From assembly GCA_043825735.1 (NCBI GenBank), contig JBDRRP010000053.1:1-63429 (forward strand): DNA of 63,429 nt, written 5' to 3'. Positions 29,475 through 38,393 of the stretch are shown piece after piece. Each line of letters begins with the position of its first letter. Positions within the stretch are counted from its first letter, which is position 1. Source of the stretch: Pseudomonadota bacterium (lineage in GTDB: Bacteria; Desulfobacterota; Desulfobacteria; Desulfobacterales; JBDRRP01). Both the position numbers and the translations under genes were made by a program. The notes beneath the pieces are model-generated. The model saw only the letters and a list, made by a program, of their open reading frames with translations. It had not been told where the DNA came from and ran no database searches.

Positions 29475-30161
29475 ATGGAATTTTTATATAAAGGTCTGAT
29501 CGGCGCTTTTCAGTTGCTGGCGGCGGCCGACGAGGAAACACTGTCGGCTGTCGCCGCCACCTTGAAGGTGTCCCTGGGAGCCATGGGAATCAGTCTGGCC
29601 TTTGGCATTCCTCTTGGGTTTCTGTTGGGGTTCTTCTCTTTTCCCGGGCGCCGCGCTGTCCGGACCGTGGTGGATACCCTTTTGGCATTGCCCACCGTGC
29701 TTATTGGCCTTCTGGTCTATGCTTTTGTGTCCAGCCGAGGGCCGCTCGGCCAGTTCGGCCTGCTGTTCACACTGCCCGGGATTGCCATCGGCCAGACCAT
29801 TCTGGCGCTGCCTATCGTGGCCGCCCTTACCGCTTCTTCGATAGAGGGCGGCGATCCCCGACTGCGGCCCACCCTCATGGCCCTGGGGGCCGGTCGGCGG
29901 CAGGTGCTGCTCAGCACCCTGTGGGAATCGCGCCACGGTCTGCTGGTGGCCGCGGTGACCGCTTACGGGCGGGTGACCACCGAAGTGGGGATCTCCATGA
30001 TGGTGGGGGGCAACATCAAGTGGCACACCCGAACCATGACCACCGCCATCGCCCTGGAGACCAATAAAGGGCAGTTTGCCATGGGGGTGGCGCTCGGCCT
30101 GGTGCTCCTGTCCATAGCCTTTGCCGTCAACCTGTCTTTGGCGGCGTTGAGGAAACGGTAG
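29475..30161 (+). CDS. tupB: Tungstate ABC transporter permease
   Basis: LPTVLIGL, GPLG and EVGISMMVGGNI..TRTMTTAIALET motifs. Confidence 0.92.
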   Translation: MEFLYKGLIGAFQLLAAADEETLSAVAATLKVSLGAMGISLAFGIPLGFLLGFFSFPGRRAVRTVVDTLLALPTVLIGLLVYAFVSSRGPLGQFGLLFTLPGIAIGQTILALPIVAALTASSIEGGDPRLRPTLMALGAGRRQVLLSTLWESRHGLLVAAVTAYGRVTTEVGISMMVGGNIKWHTRTMTTAIALETNKGQFAMGVALGLVLLSIAFAVNLSLAALRKR

Positions 30162-31207
30162 TGGCAGACGCGCCCGTATACCAATTGGAGAACGTGGTTC
30201 AGACCTATGGGCCGCGCACGGTACTGACGGTGCCCGGCCTGAACATTTCCGGAGCCAGCATCACCGGTCTGGCAGGACCCAACGGCAGCGGCAAGAGTAC
30301 CTTGCTGGATCTGCTGGGATTTATCCGCAAACCGGCCGGTGGCGTCATCCGGCTCAATGGGGCCCCGGCAGAGCCATTCAGCGAACCCGTGCGCAGCGCG
30401 GGCATCACGCTGCTCAACCAGAACGTCTATCTGCTCAAGCGCTCGGTCTACAACAATGTGGCCTACGGGTTGAAAGTTCGCGGGGCGCACCGCGGGGCCC
30501 GCGCGCGGATAGCCGACGCCCTCGAGCAGGTGGGCCTTCCCCTGGAAGCCTTCGGCCGGCGTCCGTGGTATGCCTTGTCCGGGGGAGAAGCCCAGCGGGT
30601 GGCCATGGCCGCCCGGTTGGTCCTCCGGCCCCGGGTGCTGCTTCTGGACGAGCCCACTGTCAGTGTGGACGATCACAGCGCGCGTCTGATCAAACAGGCC
30701 GCCCTGGAGGCGCGCCACCGGTGGGGCACCACCCTGGTGATCGCCAGCCACGATATGCATTGGCTTCATGCCGTTTGCGACAACATCGTCCATCTTCACG
30801 GGGGCCGGGTGATGTCCTCCGGCTTTGTCACGGCCATTGACGGTCCCTGGGAACCGGACAGCGCGGGGTGCTGGGTGCACAAACTGGTGGACGGGCAGTG
30901 CATCCGGGCCAAGGGGGGCGATGCCGGCAGGCCGCCGGTGACCGCTCTTGTCGAGTCGGACGCCGTGAGGTTGTCCGTGTCGCCGCCGGTGCCCAGTCTC
31001 GCGGAAAACCAGCTTTCAGGCACGCTCACCCGGCTCATATTCGAGAAACGTTCCGGCGGTCTCATCGCCACCGTGGATGTGGGTCCGCTCTCCTTTACCT
31101 GCCGCCTGCCAGAGGATCTTTCAGACGATGCGCGCGTCAATCCGGGCCGATCCGTCTATCTCCAGTTTCCCAATGACGCGGTGCGCCGGCACACCCCGCC
31201 CCCCTGA
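30161..31207 (+). CDS. tupC: Tungstate ABC transporter ATP-binding protein
   Basis: GPNGSGKS, LSGGE and LLLDEP motifs; TOBE-like C-terminus; GTG start overlaps the tupB stop. Confidence 0.88.
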   Translation: MADAPVYQLENVVQTYGPRTVLTVPGLNISGASITGLAGPNGSGKSTLLDLLGFIRKPAGGVIRLNGAPAEPFSEPVRSAGITLLNQNVYLLKRSVYNNVAYGLKVRGAHRGARARIADALEQVGLPLEAFGRRPWYALSGGEAQRVAMAARLVLRPRVLLLDEPTVSVDDHSARLIKQAALEARHRWGTTLVIASHDMHWLHAVCDNIVHLHGGRVMSSGFVTAIDGPWEPDSAGCWVHKLVDGQCIRAKGGDAGRPPVTALVESDAVRLSVSPPVPSLAENQLSGTLTRLIFEKRSGGLIATVDVGPLSFTCRLPEDLSDDARVNPGRSVYLQFPNDAVRRHTPPP

Positions 31208-31359
31208 AAATACCTAAGTTCTTTTCCGGCCTTCATCGGTTGCGGCGGGTGACGCGGCCCCCTTGCGGCATTGTGCCTTGAAGGCCCTCCGGTTCGATGT
31301 TATGACACCTCCGGCGGCTGCCCATGCCCATATTGCCACTTTTGGAGCAAATAACTGAA

Positions 31360-32760
31360 ATGGACGTTTTTCTTTACAATACGCTGACCCGGACCAAAGA
31401 ACGTTTTGTACCCATCGATAACGGCCACGTGGGGCTCTACACCTGCGGCCCGACGGTGTACAACTTCGCCCACATCGGTAATCTGCGCACCTTTCTTTTC
31501 GAGGACATTCTCAAGCGGGTGCTGATTTACAACGGCCTGGATGTCCGGCACATCATGAACATCACTGACGTGGGGCACCTTACCGGTGACCGGGACATGG
31601 GCGAGGACAAGATGGAAAAGGGCGCCGAGCGGGAAGGCAAAACCGCATGGGACATCGCCGCCTTCTACACCGAGGCTTTTAAGCGGGACATCCGTGCGCT
31701 GAACATCCTGGATCCGACCATCTGGGTGAAGGCCACCGATACCATCCCCGAGCAGATTGAATTGATCCGGATCCTGGAAAAAAAGGGATTTACCTACAAG
31801 ACCTCGGACGGGATCTATTTCGACACGGCCCGGTTGCCGGACTATGCCAAACTCAGCCGCCAGAACCGGGAGGCGCTCCAAGAGGGTGCTCGGGTGGAGA
31901 AAAACCTCGAGAAGCGCAATCCCACCGATTTCGCCTTGTGGAAGTATTCTTTGCCCGGCGTGCAGCGTCAGATGGAGTGGGACTCGCCCTGGGGGGCCGG
32001 ATTTCCGGGTTGGCACATCGAGTGCTCGGCCATGAGCATGAAATATCTGGCCGAGCGGCTCGACATCCACTGCGGCGGCTCCGATCACATCGATGTCCAC
32101 CACACCAATGAAATCGCCCAGTCGGAGGCGGCCACGGGCAAGCCGTTTTTCAATTTCTGGATGCACGGAGAATTTCTCAACATTCAGGGCGGAAAGAAGA
32201 TGGCCAAAAGCGAGGGCAATTTTCTGACCCTGGAAAATGCCTTCACCGCTCAGGACATTGATCCCCTGGTCTTTCGGTATGCCGCCTTTCTCAGTCACTA
32301 CCGCAAGCCCATGGAGTACAGCGACGAATCGGTGACGGCTGCCCGCAACGGACTGCGGCACCTGCGTCAACAGGTGCGCCGTTTGGTGGCATCGGCAGGG
32401 GAAACCGCGGCCGGCGTGGACGAGACCTTTCGCGATAAGTTTCTGGAACCACTCAATGACGATCTCAACATGCCCCGGGCCATGGCCGTAGTGCAGGAGC
32501 TTTTAAAATCGGACCTGCCGGATGCGGTGAAGCTGGCCACGGTGCGCAATTTCGATGCGGCGGTGCTGGCCCTCGATCTGGACCGCCCCGAAGCGGACGT
32601 AGCCATCCCCGAGGCGGTGGCCGCCCTGGTGGCTGCGCGTACCCAGGCGCGCAAGGAGAAGAACTGGGCCCTGTCCGACGAACTGCGGGACCGGCTGACG
32701 GCCATGGGCTGGGTCGTGAAGGACACCCCCGATGGGATGCTGGTGACAAAGCCCGAATAG
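31360..32760 (+). CDS. cysS: Cysteine--tRNA ligase
   Basis: [21 protein letters not shown] and KMAKS motifs. Confidence 0.97.
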   Translation: MDVFLYNTLTRTKERFVPIDNGHVGLYTCGPTVYNFAHIGNLRTFLFEDILKRVLIYNGLDVRHIMNITDVGHLTGDRDMGEDKMEKGAEREGKTAWDIAAFYTEAFKRDIRALNILDPTIWVKATDTIPEQIELIRILEKKGFTYKTSDGIYFDTARLPDYAKLSRQNREALQEGARVEKNLEKRNPTDFALWKYSLPGVQRQMEWDSPWGAGFPGWHIECSAMSMKYLAERLDIHCGGSDHIDVHHTNEIAQSEAATGKPFFNFWMHGEFLNIQGGKKMAKSEGNFLTLENAFTAQDIDPLVFRYAAFLSHYRKPMEYSDESVTAARNGLRHLRQQVRRLVASAGETAAGVDETFRDKFLEPLNDDLNMPRAMAVVQELLKSDLPDAVKLATVRNFDAAVLALDLDRPEADVAIPEAVAALVAARTQARKEKNWALSDELRDRLTAMGWVVKDTPDGMLVTKPE

Positions 32761-32784
32761 TCGCCGTTGTATGACAACCACTTC

Positions 32785-32866
32785 TTGATCACCACGAAGT
32801 TCACGAAGCACGCGAAGGGATAAACAGCCCATTGTTGCAACCGTTTTTTTCGTGGCCTTCGTGGTC
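32785..32866. repeat. Palindromic CACGAAG x3 element
   Basis: TTGATCACCACGAAGTTCACGAAGCACGCGAAG ... TTCGTGGCCTTCGTGGT. Confidence 0.78.
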
Positions 32867-32939
32867 ATCCACTCAATGGCTCGGAAAACGTCAACTCGCG
32901 CATTCTGGGCCGGCGTAAACGGCAATTGGCCTGGACGAG

Positions 32940-33485
32940 GTGCTGCCGATGATCAGCCTTCGAATCCCGCATCTTCTGTTGTCCTCTGCGGTGCTGCTGG
33001 CCACGGCCTTCATGGTGCCGGTTCTTGCGGCCGGGCCACTGGTCCCGGCGGCGGTGCCCCTCGACGCGGACGGCACCATGCACATCAGCCCGGCCGACCG
33101 GTGCCCGGTGTGCGCCATGCGTCCGGCGCGCTATCCCAAATCCGCCTGCGCCATCCAGCTCAGTGACGGGCGCACCTTTTACTTCTGTGAGAGCGGCTGC
33201 CTGCTGCGTTCCTGGCTTCATCCGGACGTTCATCTGGGCACAGCGAAAAGTGCGCTCACGCGGGTGGTGGTGCGCGAATACTTTTCAGGGGCGGTTATTG
33301 ATGGGCAGGCGGCCACCTGGGTGGCCGGCTCGGATGTCATCGGCCCGATGGGTCCCATGATCGTCCCCCTGGACGGCGACGACCATCTGGTGACGTTCAA
33401 GCGACGCCATGGGGCCCGTTTCGTGTTCCGGCTATCGGATTTGACCGACGCGCTGTGGCAGCAGATATTTGATCGTCACCCCTGA
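32940..33485 (+). CDS. NosL-family exported metal-binding protein
   Basis: Signal peptide; CPVCAM, YFC..GC and GSDVIGPMG..VP..F...HG motifs. Confidence 0.78.
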   Translation: MLPMISLRIPHLLLSSAVLLATAFMVPVLAAGPLVPAAVPLDADGTMHISPADRCPVCAMRPARYPKSACAIQLSDGRTFYFCESGCLLRSWLHPDVHLGTAKSALTRVVVREYFSGAVIDGQAATWVAGSDVIGPMGPMIVPLDGDDHLVTFKRRHGARFVFRLSDLTDALWQQIFDRHP

Positions 33486-33557
33486 CATGGTAGACAGCGA
33501 AAGACGATGGGGCCGTCCTCGGGGGAAATACCAAGACCGCATTTAAAATTGTGAACA

Positions 33558-33609
33558 TTTTGCAACTCCAACTTGCAAAATGGTCCTAATTGTGTCTATG
33601 CTCCTACTA
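33558..33609 (+). promoter_or_regulatory. Sigma70 promoter with overlapping palindrome; predicted leaderless transcript
   Basis: TTTTGCAA-N7-TTGCAAAA; -35 TTGCAA at 33573, -10 TATGCT at 33597, 6 nt between the -10 and the ATG, no SD. Confidence 0.5.
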
Positions 33610-34781
33610 TGCCGATCGTCTCTCGCACAATTGAAGCAGTTCTGCCTATGTTATCTGCAAAATATCCGGTGCTCACCCTTACCGGACCACGTCAGAGCGG
33701 AAAGACGACGCTGTGCAAAAAGGCCTTCGCGCATAAACCCTACGCCAATTTAGAATCACCCGACGTTCGGCAATTTGCCATCGATGATCCCAGAGGGTTT
33801 CTGGCCCAGTTCCCTGACGGTGCCATTCTTGATGAAATTCAGAGGGCACCCGGGCTGGCTTCCTTTATCCAGCCGATGGTGGACGAAGATCAGCGACCGG
33901 GGCGTTTTATTCTGACCGGCAGCCAGCAATTTGAAGTGAGCAACACCATCAATCAATCCCTGGCAGGGCGAACGGCTCTGGTCAAACTGCTTCCTTTTTC
34001 CATTGATGAGATTCAAGCTGGATTTTCTCTGCCAGCCATCGACAGCCTTCTTTACCATGGGTTCTATCCGCGCATCTGGGATAAGCACCTGAACCCGACC
34101 CAGGCTCTTGGAGATTATTTTGAGACTTACATAGAAAGGGATTTGCGACAGCTGATTACCATTAAGGATTTAAGCACTTTTCAGCGTTTTATGAAGTTGT
34201 GCGCTGGGCGCACCGGTCAGTTGCTGAATATAAACAGCCTGGCCAACGATACCGGTATCTCGCATACAACTGCCGGGAACTGGCTCTCCACTCTGGAAGC
34301 AAGCTATATTATCTTCTTATTGCAGCCTTATCACGCGAACATTTCCAAACGGTTGGTCAAGTCGCCCAAGCTATATTTTTATGATGTCGGCTTGGCCGCC
34401 TACTTGATCAATATCGACGATGAAAGGCAGATTTTCAGAGACCCCCTCAGGGGCAACCTGTTTGAAAACATGGTCATTTTAGAGGCGCTCAAGTATCGGT
34501 TGAATCAAGGCAAAAAGAGCAACCTCTATTTCTATAGGGACAGCAAGGGAAATGAGGTCGATCTGCTGTTGCTTAATGGGCCGGATATTTTCCCAATAGA
34601 GATTAAGGCCGGCATGACCATCACCCGAGACTACTTCAAGGGGTTGTCCTATTTTTCAAAGCTTTTCGCCGGCCATGTTTCCAACGGTGCGGGGATCGTT
34701 TACGGTGGCGGCGAAAGGCAACAAAGAAGCGACGTTTCGATTGTGCCGATTCAACATTTGAATCAACTGTTTTTGAAGTAA
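33609..34781 (+). CDS. AAA_14 ATPase with DUF4143 / PD-(D/E)xK C-terminal domain
   Basis: GPRQSGKTT, ILDEIQ, LTGS, KSPKLYFYDVG, LFEN and EVD...IEIK motifs; lower GC than flanks. Confidence 0.9.
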   Translation: MPIVSRTIEAVLPMLSAKYPVLTLTGPRQSGKTTLCKKAFAHKPYANLESPDVRQFAIDDPRGFLAQFPDGAILDEIQRAPGLASFIQPMVDEDQRPGRFILTGSQQFEVSNTINQSLAGRTALVKLLPFSIDEIQAGFSLPAIDSLLYHGFYPRIWDKHLNPTQALGDYFETYIERDLRQLITIKDLSTFQRFMKLCAGRTGQLLNINSLANDTGISHTTAGNWLSTLEASYIIFLLQPYHANISKRLVKSPKLYFYDVGLAAYLINIDDERQIFRDPLRGNLFENMVILEALKYRLNQGKKSNLYFYRDSKGNEVDLLLLNGPDIFPIEIKAGMTITRDYFKGLSYFSKLFAGHVSNGAGIVYGGGERQQRSDVSIVPIQHLNQLFLK

Positions 34782-34860
34782 TCGAGGGCGCTGTGGGTAT
34801 CTCGCGTCTATCGCCACGCACACAACGCATGGCATTGCGATAGAGAGGACTTCCGTCATC

Positions 34861-36477
34861 ATGAAACCCATTGTGGAATGCGTGCCCAATTTCAGCGAAG
34901 GGCGAGATACGGAAACCATAGACGCCATCGCCGCCGCCATCCGCGATACCGCAGGCTGCACCCTGATCGATGTGGACCCCGGCGCCAGTACGAATCGCAC
35001 CGTTGTCACATTCGTGGGGACACCGGCGGCGGTTATCGACGGCGCGCTCAATGCCGCCAGGGTGGCCAGTCGGCGGATTGACATGGCCCGGCACAGGGGC
35101 GCGCACCCGCGCTTCGGGGCTATGGACGTGTGCCCTTTTGTGCCGGTTTCCGGCGTTACCATGGAAGCGTGCGTGGATATTGCCAACACCTTCGGACGGC
35201 AACTGGCCGAAGAACTTCAGGTGCCGGTGTATCTTTACGAGCACGCAGCCAAAGAAGACTACCGTCGCAAGCTGTCGGACGTGCGTCAGGGGGAATACGA
35301 GGGGCTGGCCGAGCGACTGGCCGATCCCCGCTGGCAGCCCGATTTCGGGCCGGCCCGGCTGGTGCCCGCCTGGGGCGCTACCGCCGTGGGCGCCCGCATG
35401 TTTCTCATCGCCTACAATGTGAACGTTCTGGGTACTGCCAACCAGGCCCACCGGATCGCAATGAACCTGCGAGAGGCCGGCCGGGGACCGGATGAACCCG
35501 GTCGGTTCAAGGCCGTCAAGGCGATGGGGTGGTTTGTGGACGACGCAAACGTGGCCCAGGTGACGGTCAATTTGAACGATTATCGGGAGACCAACATCCA
35601 CACGCTCTATGAGACTGTCAAAGAAGAAGCCGCCGCCCTCAGGCTGGCGGTGACCGGCTCGGAGATCGTGGGCGTCGTGCCGAGGGAAGCGATTCTGATG
35701 GCTGCCGAGCACTACATCGAGAAAGAAAATCTTTTCATACTGGACGAGGATCAGAAGGTGCGCCTGGTTGTCGACCGCCTGGGGCTGAGCGCCGCGGCGC
35801 CGTTCAATCCTAAGGAGAAAATCATCGAATACATCGTGGCCGAGCCCCCGGAAGAGCCTTTGGCCGGCCTCACCCTGCGCGGGTTTGTGGATGCGGTGGC
35901 GGCCCGCACCGGGGCGCCGGGCGGTGGATCGGTATCGGCGGCCCTGGCTGCGCTGGGAACCGGGCTGGGCGCCATGGCAGCCAAACTCACCTTCGGGGTG
36001 CGTAAATTCGAGCACCTGGACGCGCGGATGCGCGAGATCATCCCGCCGCTGCACGAAGCCAGCAAGGCGCTCATTCCCATGGTGGACGCCGACAGCAGCG
36101 CCTTTAACGCCTACATGGCGGGGCTGGCCATGCCCAAAGACACGGACCTTCGCAAGGCGGCGCGCGCGGCAAAGATGCAGGAAGGCCTCAAGAGCGCCAT
36201 CCGCGTGCCGCTGAAAACCATGCAACTGGGCGACGGTGCCTGGGAGGCCATGTGCGCGGTGGCCGAAGTGGGCAATATGGCCTGCAAGTCCGATATCCAG
36301 GTGGGGGCCCGGGCGCTGGAGGCAGGCATCTGGGGCGCGTACCAGAACGTGCTGATCAACATGGCCGGGATCGAGGATGAAGGGTTTAAAGGAGAGATCC
36401 TGGCCGAGGCCGGGGCCATGGCCGAGCGGGCCAAAGTGATGTGCGCCCGGGTGCTGGAAATACTGGAGAAGCGATAA
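34861..36477 (+). CDS. ftcD: Bifunctional glutamate formiminotransferase / formiminotetrahydrofolate cyclodeaminase
   Basis: VECVPNFSEG, HPRFGAMDVCPF, GEYEG, APGGGSV and GAYQNVLIN motifs. Confidence 0.95.
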   Translation: MKPIVECVPNFSEGRDTETIDAIAAAIRDTAGCTLIDVDPGASTNRTVVTFVGTPAAVIDGALNAARVASRRIDMARHRGAHPRFGAMDVCPFVPVSGVTMEACVDIANTFGRQLAEELQVPVYLYEHAAKEDYRRKLSDVRQGEYEGLAERLADPRWQPDFGPARLVPAWGATAVGARMFLIAYNVNVLGTANQAHRIAMNLREAGRGPDEPGRFKAVKAMGWFVDDANVAQVTVNLNDYRETNIHTLYETVKEEAAALRLAVTGSEIVGVVPREAILMAAEHYIEKENLFILDEDQKVRLVVDRLGLSAAAPFNPKEKIIEYIVAEPPEEPLAGLTLRGFVDAVAARTGAPGGGSVSAALAALGTGLGAMAAKLTFGVRKFEHLDARMREIIPPLHEASKALIPMVDADSSAFNAYMAGLAMPKDTDLRKAARAAKMQEGLKSAIRVPLKTMQLGDGAWEAMCAVAEVGNMACKSDIQVGARALEAGIWGAYQNVLINMAGIEDEGFKGEILAEAGAMAERAKVMCARVLEILEKR

Positions 36478-36532
36478 TTTGATGGCGTAGCGAAACAATG
36501 GTCATAAAGGTTACAGCGGCCGCGATGGATAA

Positions 36533-36748
36533 AAGGGTCCAAGGGGCCGAGGGGTCGAGGGGCCAAGGCAAACCCTAAAACCCGAAATCATGGCCCGAGG
36601 GTCGCCACAATTTACAAATCTGACGACCCTCCTGTCGTCGTCGACCACAATCAAAGCGGCTGGCGCTTTATGGTGTTTGGCAGTTACGTTTTTCACTCGA
36701 CCCCTTGAACCCTTGACCCCTCGAACCCTTCTTCAACCCTAAGGGAGA
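36533..36748. repeat. Palindromic element with tandem 8-nt units (AAGGGTCC / GAACCCTT type)
   Basis: AAGGGTCCAAGGGGCCGAGGGGTCGAGGGGCCAAGG ... CACTCGACCCCTTGAACCCTTGACCCCTCGAACCCTT. Confidence 0.8.
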
Positions 36749-36754
36749 ATGCCC

Positions 36755-37291
36755 ATGACCAACGACCTTTCACAACTTTTTCAACACCAGGCCCGCTACA
36801 ACGCGCGGGCCAACCGGGAGATGTTTGCGGTTCTCTCGCAGCTTACCGAAAAGGGGCGCCGGCGGGACGTCGGATCATGGTTCGGGTCCATTCATGGCAT
36901 CCTCAATCATCTGATCGTCACCGACATCAACTGGCTCAGGCGTTTCCGGGCGCTTTCCCCCAATTCCATGGTCTTGTCCGATCCCGGGCTGGACCCGCCG
37001 AACCTGTCCTGGAACCATGATCTTCACGACGATTTCGCCAGCCTTTCCCAAGACCGGGTTTTCGTGGATGAGCGGATCATCGCCTGGTTCGAGGAGTTTC
37101 CGCCCGCGCGGTGCGGGGAAACCTTCGATTATCAGGATTCGGCCGGGTCCTTCCGTAGTGCTGAGGCCGGGGCGGCCTTCGCCTTTCTTTTCACCCACCA
37201 GATCCACCACCGGGGGCAGATCAGCCATGTCCTGGATACACTGGGGCTGCCCAGCAACGTTGCCGACAACATTGCCTATCTTGAGGGATGA
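36755..37291 (+). CDS. DinB/YfiT family protein
   Basis: YN..AN, GSIHGILNH...D..W and HQIHHRGQ His motifs. Confidence 0.88.
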   Translation: MTNDLSQLFQHQARYNARANREMFAVLSQLTEKGRRRDVGSWFGSIHGILNHLIVTDINWLRRFRALSPNSMVLSDPGLDPPNLSWNHDLHDDFASLSQDRVFVDERIIAWFEEFPPARCGETFDYQDSAGSFRSAEAGAAFAFLFTHQIHHRGQISHVLDTLGLPSNVADNIAYLEG

Positions 37292-37329
37292 AAGATGAGT
37301 CCCTACCACGAACCGATTGAGGAGACGCG

Positions 37330-38094
37330 ATGGATCTGGAATGTGTGATTTATGACAAAAAGGATGGGGTGGCCCTGATTCGGCTCAACCGGCCCCAGGT
37401 GCTCAATGCCATGAACAAGCGGCTCTGGCTGGACATGCAGGTCGCCCTGGACGATGCTCGTGAAGATGACGCGATTGCGGTGGTAGTGATCACCGGTGAG
37501 GGGCGCGCCTTTTCAACCGGCGCAGACCTCAAGGAATCGAAGACCCGCACCATCGAAGACTACCGAGATTATCTAAACGCCCTTCAGGAAGCCTCCCGTG
37601 CCGTCATCCGGTTTGAAAAACCAACAATCGCCGCCATCAACGGATACGCCATCGGCTCCGGCTACGAACTGGCCCTGGCCTGCGACATCCGTATCGCTGC
37701 TGAGGAGGCGAAAATCGGCTCTCCCGAAGCCAAGGTCACCTCATCGGTTACCGGCGGTGCTTTCCGTCTGGTCCAGGACCTCGTGGGGCCGGGGAAGGCG
37801 CGCGAGTTGCTGTTCACCGGGGAGTACATCGACGGGATCGAGGCCGCGCGCATCGGTCTGGTCAACCAGGCCGTGCCGGCCGATCAACTGATGGTGACGG
37901 TGATGGCCATGGCTGACACGATTGCCGCCAATTCGGCCTTTTCCCTGAAGATGATCAAAAAGGGGCTCAACATGGCCCGGGGAGAGACGAGCCTCGAAGC
38001 GCTTATGGATTTTGAAGTGGAGGCCTGCCTGGCGTGCGTTTCCACCAAAGAGCGGCAGGGTTCGCTCCAGGAGTTCGAAGACAGAAAGAAATAG
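37330..38094 (+). CDS. Enoyl-CoA hydratase/isomerase family protein
   Basis: LNRP..LNA, AFSTGADL, GSGYELALACD and PE motifs. Confidence 0.92.
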   Translation: MDLECVIYDKKDGVALIRLNRPQVLNAMNKRLWLDMQVALDDAREDDAIAVVVITGEGRAFSTGADLKESKTRTIEDYRDYLNALQEASRAVIRFEKPTIAAINGYAIGSGYELALACDIRIAAEEAKIGSPEAKVTSSVTGGAFRLVQDLVGPGKARELLFTGEYIDGIEAARIGLVNQAVPADQLMVTVMAMADTIAANSAFSLKMIKKGLNMARGETSLEALMDFEVEACLACVSTKERQGSLQEFEDRKK

Positions 38095-38100
38095 CATCAA

Positions 38101-38305
38101 AAGGGTCCAAGGGTTCAAGGGTTCGAGGATTCAAGGATTCAAGGAAACCCTTTCGGCGTGATGATGGCCGCTTTTGCATTTGCCGCCAACTGTTGAACGA
38201 TGGCATTAACGCTTCAGTAAGAGTGCTTCAGGGGTATTGGTTTTTTGGGTTTTGCTTTTCGGTTTATCACTCGAACCCTTGACCCCTCGACCCCTTGGAC
38301 CCTTT
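38101..38305. repeat. Palindromic element with tandem 8-nt units
   Basis: AAGGGTCC-AAGGGTTC-AAGGGTTC-GAGGATTC-AAGGATTC ... CACTCGAACCCTTGACCCCTCGACCCCTTGGACCCTT. Confidence 0.82.
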
Positions 38306-38393
38306 GCGCCGCAATTTGATACCGCTGTAAAGGTTGGAGAGAATTGGTTCGGTAAATCCACACTGACGTTATGCCACCCAACAGGAGGCGCCA

